IMG/VR virus record: IMGVR_UViG_2671180770_000006
Strand: one strand, 5' to 3'
From: a virus
Taxonomy: Duplodnaviria; Heunggongvirae; Uroviricota; Caudoviricetes
DNA: 5,784 nucleotides
In this document: piece after piece, positions 1 through 4,559 of the stretch
How the letters are laid out: each line of letters opens with the position of its first letter
Position numbering within the stretch: the stretch's first letter is position 1
Position numbers and translations under genes: made by a program
The notes under the pieces: generated by a model
Told to the model about the DNA's origin: nothing
The model's database searches: none
Seen by the model: only the letters and a program-made list of their open reading frames with translations

Positions 1-58
1 CAACTGGCTCTCCGGAAACAAGAAAAACTGTCAGAACAAGTGCAAATGCTGTATTCAT
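1..58 (-). CDS. Hypothetical protein, partial (5' end only; gene continues beyond left edge). N-terminus MNTAFALVLTVFLVSGEPV is hydrophobic, signal-peptide or membrane-anchor like
   Basis: Minus-strand ATG at 58..56 overlaps the upstream gene's stop (plus tcat at 55-58 = ATGA on minus), a classic translational-coupling junction. The 19 codons in the window are open and hydrophobic. Not in the ORF track because it is truncated. Confidence 0.4.
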   Translation of the reverse strand, partial: MNTAFALVLTVFLVSGEPV

Positions 59-378
59 TGCCAGCATCCTTTTTGTATCGGACGTAAACGGGCCAACATT
101 GAAAGAATGCATATTTTATTTAATAGCTCCCGTTCGTGTTTTCTCTTGTTAATGGCATCTTCAGTAAATACAGGGTTACTGATAGTGACACCAATTTCAA
201 AACAACCTTCAGACGTATTAACGTTTGGTAATAACGTTTCCATTATCGCGTCCTCAACAATGAATTTTGTGATGCAGTGCCTGGTGCCTCCAGGTGACGT
301 TAACCAGTTAACAATTAACGCCGGATACAGAGCATTCCCGTTACGCCCGTAAAAGACCGCTTGTTTTAACTGTTCCAC
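55..378 (-). CDS. Hypothetical small protein (107 codons from GTG at 378; alternative ATG at 243 with GAGGA 7 nt upstream would give 62 aa)
   Basis: ORF from the six-frame track; the codon at 376-378 is GTG with no obvious SD, whereas the internal ATG at 241-243 has a good SD. Protein-like composition extends to about 378. Stop overlaps the next gene's ATG (ATGA). Confidence 0.5.
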   Translation of the reverse strand: MEQLKQAVFYGRNGNALYPALIVNWLTSPGGTRHCITKFIVEDAIMETLLPNVNTSEGCFEIGVTISNPVFTEDAINKRKHERELLNKICILSMLARLRPIQKGCWQ

Positions 379-810
379 GTGCGCTGAGCCGCATTCACCG
401 CATCACAAAATTCACTTTAAAAAAGGCGGCAGAGCAGTTACGGAGTAAAACTGGTACCGCCAAACGTCACCAGAAAATGGATAACAGAGGGCGTTGCAGC
501 GTGGTTGTCTCTTAAGCGTATGGTCAACCTGACAACCCGGTGTACTCAACGGGGAAGGAATAACCCCGCCATACTTACCGCCGCGCCATTTCGCGGATTG
601 CCACAACCGGAAGCGCACGGTCGACGAAAATTTAACGACAGGCTATCTATGAACCAGCTACCTCGCCGAGCGCTTTCGCGTTATGGTCTGACTTTTCAGG
701 GAAATATCCTTTCAGTAAACTGTCAGTGCCGGATGCTCACCCGTGTCCGGCGCACGCACTCCACCTCACCCGTGGAGAACTCCTTAATCACCAACCCTCA
801 GGAGGGTGAA

Positions 811-1086
811 ATGTCGACTGAAAATGATGAAATCATTAACTCCCTGATACGCCAGATTAATAATTTTGATAAAGCATTGCAGCATGCTGCGGCGCGTAGT
901 GATATAACTCTTTTAGCAATTTCATTTCTTGCATCTGTTATGGATAAAAATGAAGTCGTACGACAGAGTCTTGTTGATTATATCGACTCGCTTCAACCCG
1001 GCACTTTCAATCATGAGAGCTTCAATCATGAGAAAGAGCATGTTAAGTCTGTAATTAATTCTCTTATTTTGAATCAAAAGAATTAA
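811..1086 (+). CDS. Hypothetical small protein, 91 aa (MSTENDEIINSLIRQ...), one hydrophobic segment (ITLLAISFLASVM)
   Basis: ATG at 811 preceded by AGGAGG at 800-805 (5-nt spacing). The listed 193-aa ORF from 505 begins with TTG and its first 100 residues are R-rich and not protein-like, so the start is placed at 811. An intrinsic terminator follows. Confidence 0.6.
   Translation: MSTENDEIINSLIRQINNFDKALQHAAARSDITLLAISFLASVMDKNEVVRQSLVDYIDSLQPGTFNHESFNHEKEHVKSVINSLILNQKN
1006..1035 (+). repeat. Tandem 15-bp direct repeat (ttcaatcatgagagc / ttcaatcatgagaaa) inside the 811-1086 CDS, encoding FNHES-FNHEK
   Basis: Two adjacent 15-mers, 13/15 identical, read directly from the sequence. Confidence 0.8.
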
Positions 1087-1384
1087 TGCTTTTTGTTGCA
1101 AAGTAATTTTCAAGGGGTTCTATTCGAATCCCTTTCTTTTTCATTAACAAGCCAAACCCCTTATCAATGATGTCCATTAGATCCAGGAAGTATTTTTCAT
1201 GTAAATCCTGGTTATCAGAGAGCTGCTTCTCTTCGTACAGACCGATAAAGGCACGACGCACGTTACCGGATATAGTATCGATGGTTTCTTTTTCTACGGT
1301 ACTCAGGTCAAGAGTCGCCAGTTGGGAACGAACTATATTCGCTGCCATTTCCTGGAATTGCATTGGTAAATCTTTAAATTCCAT
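1064..1384 (-). CDS. Hypothetical acidic protein, 106 aa; last gene of the leftward early operon
   Basis: ATG at 1384..1382 with GAGG 6 nt upstream on the minus strand; 22-nt gap from the upstream gene; protein-like composition. Confidence 0.6.
   Translation of the reverse strand: MEFKDLPMQFQEMAANIVRSQLATLDLSTVEKETIDTISGNVRRAFIGLYEEKQLSDNQDLHEKYFLDLMDIIDKGFGLLMKKKGIRIEPLENYFATKSINSFDSK
1112..1141 (+). terminator. Putative rho-independent terminator for the 811-1086 gene
   Basis: Stem AAGGGGTTC (1112-1120), loop TATTC, stem GAATCCCTT (1126-1134): 9 bp with one G-U pair in RNA, followed by TCTTTTT (1135-1141). It lies inside the 3' end of the convergent minus-strand ORF 1064-1384. Confidence 0.45.
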
Positions 1385-1406
1385 TATTAGCCTCGTTGGT
1401 TAGCTA

Positions 1407-1625
1407 TTAACGTGGGTATGTAACCATTCTGGCAATGCTTAATGCCGCTGCTTTTTCCAGCCTGGTGATATCCTGCTCCAGAGCGGACAGATTTTCAGCC
1501 TGCTTAGTCCTGGCTTCATTGGCCCATTTCAGATCCTGCGCTGCATTAATTTTCTGGCGCATCCACTCATAAAGTTCATCATCGGTATAGTCTGGCGCGA
1601 TGATGACGGGTTCTCGTTTCTGCAT
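1407..1625 (-). CDS. Hypothetical protein, 72 aa, predicted helical/coiled (MQKREPVIIAPDYTDDELYEWMRQKINAAQDLKW...)
   Basis: ATG at 1625..1623 with GAGGA 6 nt upstream on the minus strand; follows the 42-aa gene after about 30 nt. Confidence 0.6.
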   Translation of the reverse strand: MQKREPVIIAPDYTDDELYEWMRQKINAAQDLKWANEARTKQAENLSALEQDITRLEKAAALSIARMVTYPR

Positions 1626-1654
1626 ACTGATTCCTCGCGGTGCTGTTTCGCTTA

Positions 1655-1783
1655 TCAGCCGTTAGATTTTCCCGAACTGGAAAGCGCCTGTTTAAATTCA
1701 CTGAAGCTGAGAGCTTCTTCGCCTTCGGCAAGACCATCGAAGTATTCTTCGTAAGCTTTTTCCATGATTGTGTCGAAATCCAT
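1655..1783 (-). CDS. Hypothetical small acidic protein, 42 aa (MDFDTIMEKAYEEYFDGLAEGEEALSFSEFKQALSSSGKSNG); resembles in size and position the tiny ydaF/ydaG-type ORFs of Rac-like prophages (from memory, unverified)
   Basis: Hand-translated from the minus strand (below the ORF-track length cutoff). ATG at 1783..1781 lies 1 nt after the upstream gene's TGA (GAG TGA T ATG), with AGGTGAG as SD inside the upstream gene's end. Confidence 0.5.
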   Translation of the reverse strand: MDFDTIMEKAYEEYFDGLAEGEEALSFSEFKQALSSSGKSNG

Positions 1784-1784
1784 A

Positions 1785-1940
1785 TCACTCACCTGAGTTT
1801 CTCTCCAGCCAGCGACGGGCACCATTTTCGGTTTTAAACGTTTTGCTTTTGGTATACGTCATCGCGGTGAATGTGCCGTCCTGGTTGGGAAACACGCCGT
1901 ACACCAGAGATTCGTTGTTGCCAAGCTCGATAGTATCCAT
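1785..1940 (-). CDS. Hypothetical small protein, 51 aa (MDTIELGNNESLVYGVFPNQDGTFTAMTYTKSKTFKTENGARRWLERKSGE); first gene of the leftward early operon
   Basis: Hand-translated; ATG at 1940..1938 with GAGGT 4 nt upstream on the minus strand; stop at 1787..1785 is coupled to the next gene. Confidence 0.5.
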   Translation of the reverse strand: MDTIELGNNESLVYGVFPNQDGTFTAMTYTKSKTFKTENGARRWLERNSGE

Positions 1941-2011
1941 GCTGACCTCATTTCCCCTTAACGCCGGGTGGCGGAACTAAAACCTACAGCGCCGTGCTGT
2001 TCTTGATGGGA

Positions 2012-2040
2012 ATATTAGTAACGCGGATATTTTAAGTCAA
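2012..2040 (-). promoter_or_regulatory. PL-like sigma70 early-left promoter (minus strand: TTGACT, 17-nt spacer, TAATAT)
   Basis: -35 TTGACT is the reverse complement of 2035-2040 and -10 TAATAT the reverse complement of 2012-2017, with a 17-nt spacer. It sits upstream of the leftward small-gene operon and its spacer/-10 closely resembles the PR-like promoter. Confidence 0.5.
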
Positions 2041-2137
2041 CAGTATGGCGTATGATATTTTTGATTTGGTAACTATGTAAATGTTTTTTCAAGGGAAAAA
2101 TATTAGTTATACAGCTGATTTGCAAAAGTTATGGCAC

Positions 2138-2167
2138 AAAAAAACCGACTAAGACGTCGGTTTTTTT
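2138..2167. terminator. Bidirectional rho-independent terminator just downstream of the repressor gene
   Basis: A7-CCGAC-taagac-GTCGG-T7: a perfect 12-bp inverted repeat with a GC core and A/T runs on both sides, so it gives a U-tract in either orientation. Located 27 nt beyond the repressor stop (2194-2196). Confidence 0.75.
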
Positions 2168-2193
2168 GTTGTGGATGGGGTAGTGAGCGGTGG

Positions 2194-2655
2194 CTACTGG
2201 TTACGTTTCTTTAGTGCCAGCATGTTCTCGAAGGCTTCCTCGTAGAGCTTGTTTAGTCCACGTAGCTGGTTAAGGAGTTTGGCTTTTTCTGACGCAGGTA
2301 GAATCTCGAAGAGGTTAAGTAACTCTGCCTGTTCTTCATTGACCAGCCTCCATCCTTTGCCTGAAAAGTTATCATCATAATTATCTGATGATCTTACATA
2401 ATTCATTAAGTCTTTAAGGTCTTCTCGAATGTCCTCTGGTTTTACCTTTAACAGAGCCGCAAATTTTAGCGCAGCGTCGGTATTTACCGGTATCTTGCCG
2501 TTCAGATACTGGCTAACGGTGCCTTGAGATTCGAATCCCAACAACTCAGCCGCCAGCTCTTGAGTCAGCTTCAGCTCTTTTTTTCTTGCATTCCATGCGG
2601 CTTTTAAATTCTTGCTCGCTTCTGGAGTTGCAATCACTTCGCGTGTTTTTTTCAT
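2194..2655 (-). CDS. racR: Prophage immunity repressor, CI/RacR-like, XRE-type HTH near the N-terminus, 153 aa; no recognisable LexA/S24 autocleavage domain
   Basis: HTH-like segment LTQELAAELLGFESQGTVSQYLNGK; divergent from a Cro-like gene across about 100 bp; terminator immediately downstream; C-terminal half lacks a peptidase-like motif. Symbol given by architecture match to the Rac RacR-YdaS-YdaT module, not by verified identity. Confidence 0.8.
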   Translation of the reverse strand: MKKTREVIATPEASKNLKAAWNARKKELKLTQELAAELLGFESQGTVSQYLNGKIPVNTDAALKFAALLKVKPEDIREDLKDLMNYVRSSDNYDDNFSGKGWRLVNEEQAELLNLFEILPASEKAKLLNQLRGLNKLYEEAFENMLALKKRNQ

Positions 2656-2661
2656 ACATAG

Positions 2662-2689
2662 AGTTTATTTGTTTTACCAATATTATCAA
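2662..2689 (-). promoter_or_regulatory. PRM-like promoter for the repressor (minus strand: TTGATA, 16-nt spacer, TAAACT), predicting a leaderless or near-leaderless repressor mRNA
   Basis: -10 TAAACT ends 6 nt before the repressor ATG and there is no SD upstream of that ATG, analogous to lambda cI transcribed from PRM. Hexamers read from the sequence; the start site is inferred. Confidence 0.4.
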
Positions 2690-2693
2690 AGAC

Positions 2694-2702
2694 AGTCTGA
2701 CT
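2694..2702. promoter_or_regulatory. Palindrome AGTCtGACT between the divergent -35 elements; candidate operator
   Basis: 9-bp dyad with a central T, positioned between the PRM-like and PR-like -35 hexamers. Confidence 0.3.
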
Positions 2703-2703
2703 A

Positions 2704-2732
2704 TTGATCTTTAAAATTAGCGGGGCTAATAT
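2704..2732 (+). promoter_or_regulatory. PR-like sigma70 early-right promoter (TTGATC, 17-nt spacer, TAATAT) with embedded inverted repeat ATTAGC-GGG-GCTAAT (2716-2730)
   Basis: -35 at 2704-2709 and -10 at 2727-2732. The 6-3-6 inverted repeat occupies the spacer and overlaps the -10, a typical operator position. About 30 nt upstream of the Cro-like ATG. Confidence 0.55.
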
Positions 2733-2762
2733 TTGCTCGAGGCATAACGTAGAAGGTTGGCT

Positions 2763-3038
2763 ATGAACTTAAGAGACTATTTAAAAGAGAAACATATCAC
2801 CCAGCTACAGTTTGGGAAGCTAACGGGTTTATCTCAGGTGCATGTAAGTCGAGTGCTGGGGGGCTATGAAAGATTCAGCCCTGAAAAAGCATTACGTGTT
2901 GCTGAAGTAACGAATTTCGAGGTTACACCTCATGAACTCCGGCCTGATATTTACCCGAATCCAACCGACGGCTTACCTGTTGGATTCAAGGCTAACACAC
3001 CAAATGCATCGGAGTTGATTCATGAAAATCAGGCATGA
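2763..3038 (+). CDS. ydaS: Cro-like small HTH regulator (YdaS family-like), 91 aa
   Basis: ATG at 2763 with GAAGG 6 nt upstream (the track's 2757 start is a TTG). HTH-like ITQLQFGKLTGLSQVHVSRVLGG and an ELRPD motif; divergent from the repressor. Symbol is by family resemblance. Confidence 0.75.
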   Translation: MNLRDYLKEKHITQLQFGKLTGLSQVHVSRVLGGYERFSPEKALRVAEVTNFEVTPHELRPDIYPNPTDGLPVGFKANTPNASELIHENQA

Positions 3039-3447
3039 GCACATCCGCATGGCGATGAATGCCTGGGCGCGTCCTGATGGCGAAAAAGTTCCAGCAGCTG
3101 GAATAACCCAGGCTTATTTTGAGTTGGGTATGACGTTTCCTGAACTGTATGACGACAGCCATCCGGAAGCCCTGGCTCGCAATACACAGAAAATTTTCCG
3201 CTGGGTAGAGAAAGACACCCCTGATGCAGTTGAAAAAATTCAGGCGTTGTTACCAGCGATCGAAAAAGCAATGCCGCCTCTGCTGGTGGCCCGAATGCGC
3301 AGCCACAGTTCAGCTTATTTTCGGGAGCTGGTGGAGACGCGGGAACGACTGGTGAGAGACGCTGATGATTTTGTCGCAGTGGCGATCGCTGGTTTCAACC
3401 AGATGAATCGTGGTGGCCCGGCGGGAAATATTGTGGTTGTGCATTGA
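3022..3447 (+). CDS. ydaT: YdaT-like protein (reported CII-type functional analogue in Rac/CP-933P-type prophages), 141 aa
   Basis: N-terminus MKIRHEHI and C-terminal ...VVVH match my recollection of YdaT-family proteins; GGAG 7 nt upstream; overlaps the Cro-like stop by 17 nt, consistent with coupling. Assignment is from memory, not a search. Confidence 0.7.
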   Translation: MKIRHEHIRMAMNAWARPDGEKVPAAGITQAYFELGMTFPELYDDSHPEALARNTQKIFRWVEKDTPDAVEKIQALLPAIEKAMPPLLVARMRSHSSAYFRELVETRERLVRDADDFVAVAIAGFNQMNRGGPAGNIVVVH

Positions 3448-3518
3448 CTGACAATATTCATACCGGATCGCTTCCGGCAATTCGTGAGTAAAAAGATTCG
3501 GTATCAGAAGAGGTGAGT

Positions 3519-4559
3519 ATGGCTAATGCCTGGCTCAGATTATGGCATGACATGCCAAATGATCCTAAGTGGCGAACAATTTCCAGGGTGTCAGGACAGC
3601 CAATTGCAACAGTGATGGCGGTGTATATCCACCTTCTGGTGAGCGCGTCACGAAATGTCACGACATGTCACGGCGTGTCACTACGTGGTCACATTGATGT
3701 CACGACGGAAGATTTAGCAAGTGCGCTTGATGTGACGGAAGAAGTAATTGATTCAATTTTACAGGCAATGCAGGGGCGGGTACTTGATGGAGATTTAATC
3801 ACCGGATGGGAAAAACGCCAGGTACTGAAAGAGGACAATGGCAACGTTTCACAAACCGCGAAATCCCCAGCAGAGCGCAAGAGAGCGCAGCGCGAGAGGG
3901 AAAAATTACGAAAACAGAATGAGGGGTGTCACGACGAGTCACGCATATGTCACGACATGTCACGACGAGTCACGACAGATAAAGATACAGATAAAGAATT
4001 AAACCCCACACATAACGCGCACGTGCGCGAGAGTGATCCGACCAGTGAGTCGAGTGGTACGCCGTTGCAGGCAGCAGAACCTGCATCCCTGGATGGACTG
4101 AGCGAACCCATCGGGAAATTTCCGATGGTCGATGGCTGGCATCCGTCGCCGGATTTTCGACGACGGGCTGCGTTGTGGGGGATGGCTTTGCCGGAGCCGG
4201 AATTTACACCTGCTGAACTTGCCGCTTTCCGGGACTACTGGGCAGCGGAGGGGAAAGTTTTCACGCAGGTTCAGTGGGAGCAGAAATTCGCCCGTCACGT
4301 AAATCACGTCAGGGCGCAGGTTAAGCCAGTCAGCAAGGGGGTAAACCATGCAGCAGCACCAGGTGGCACCGCATCACGGGCAGTTCAGGAAATTCGGGCA
4401 GCACGTGAGCAGTGGGAACGTGAAAACGGATTTATCAGCGACGGAAACGGTCTGGAAGCTGTGGGAACTCATGGGGGAGGTTTATTCGAACCGCTGGACC
4501 CAGAAGAACGGGGCCGCACCTTCGAAGCTCTGGATTGCACAGATTGGCGCGATGACTGA
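3519..4559 (+). CDS. Replication initiator (lambda O functional analogue): N-terminal domain, low-complexity charged linker and C-terminal domain; contains the putative origin
   Basis: Sits immediately upstream of a P-like gene; two arrays of GTCAC(GAC) direct repeats plus an AT-rich tract lie inside the ORF, the linker-embedded arrangement known for ori-lambda in gene O. ATG at 3519 with AGAGG 5 nt upstream (track start 3513 is a GTG). The last 212 nt overlap the P-like gene out of frame, so the true C-terminus is uncertain. Confidence 0.65.
   Translation: MANAWLRLWHDMPNDPKWRTISRVSGQPIATVMAVYIHLLVSASRNVTTCHGVSLRGHIDVTTEDLASALDVTEEVIDSILQAMQGRVLDGDLITGWEKRQVLKEDNGNVSQTAKSPAERKRAQREREKLRKQNEGCHDESRICHDMSRRVTTDKDTDKELNPTHNAHVRESDPTSESSGTPLQAAEPASLDGLSEPIGKFPMVDGWHPSPDFRRRAALWGMALPEPEFTPAELAAFRDYWAAEGKVFTQVQWEQKFARHVNHVRAQVKPVSKGVNHAAAPGGTASRAVQEIRAAREQWERENGFISDGNGLEAVGTHGGGLFEPLDPEERGRTFEALDCTDWRDD
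3647..3708 (+). repeat. Iteron-like array 1: six direct repeats of GTCAC(GAC) at 10-11 bp spacing (starts 3647, 3657, 3667, 3677, 3688, 3699)
   Basis: Counted directly. The helical-turn period places the repeats on one DNA face, and the phase drift makes the protein read CHD / SR / VTT in rotating frames. Confidence 0.7.
3928..4003 (+). repeat. Iteron-like array 2: five GTCACGAC-type repeats (starts 3928, 3938, 3949, 3959, 3969) followed by AT-rich GATAAAGATACAGATAAAGAATTAAA (3978-4003); candidate origin core and unwinding element
   Basis: Counted directly. The iterons-then-AT-rich layout parallels ori-lambda; the AT tract itself contains GATAAAGA twice. Confidence 0.65.

Noticed and set aside
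107-352. 81-aa plus-strand ORF
   Set aside because: Lies entirely antisense to the 55-378 minus-strand gene, which has the coupled ATGA junction; no SD; composition typical of a shadow ORF.
412-810. 68-aa minus ORF (412-618) and the N-terminal 100 codons of the 193-aa plus ORF (505-810)
   Set aside because: Both start with non-ATG codons (GTG, TTG) without SDs and translate to R/W/C/P-rich sequence typical of random reading of GC-rich DNA; the plus gene is better explained starting at ATG 811 with a strong SD.
1112-1134. tRNA T-arm-like motif (GGTTC...TTCGAATCC)
   Set aside because: No acceptor stem, D-arm or anticodon arm can be built around it; it is better explained as the terminator hairpin of the 811-1086 gene.
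922-1980. Track ORFs 922-1113(-), 1167-1403(+), 1579-1788(-), 1640-1837(+), 1768-1980(+)
   Set aside because: Each overlaps a better-supported gene in this interval on the same or opposite strand and lacks a credible SD; 1579-1788 starts with GTG and cuts across two coupled small genes.
2041-2076. Tiny plus-strand ORF ATGGCGTATGATATTTTTGATTTGGTAACTATGTAA (11 codons) in the PL region
   Set aside because: No SD, located in an AT-rich promoter region, and too short to support as coding.
2093-2130. Second leftward promoter using the distal TAATAT (reverse complement of 2100-2105)
   Set aside because: The only -35-like hexamer (TTGCAA) is 14 nt from the -10, too short for sigma70; treated as a repeated operator-like motif instead.
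3647-3978. CRISPR array as an explanation for the GTCACGAC repeats
   Set aside because: The unit is only 8-11 bp with no intervening unique spacers, the repeats are intragenic, and no cas genes are nearby; an iteron or protein-binding array fits better.
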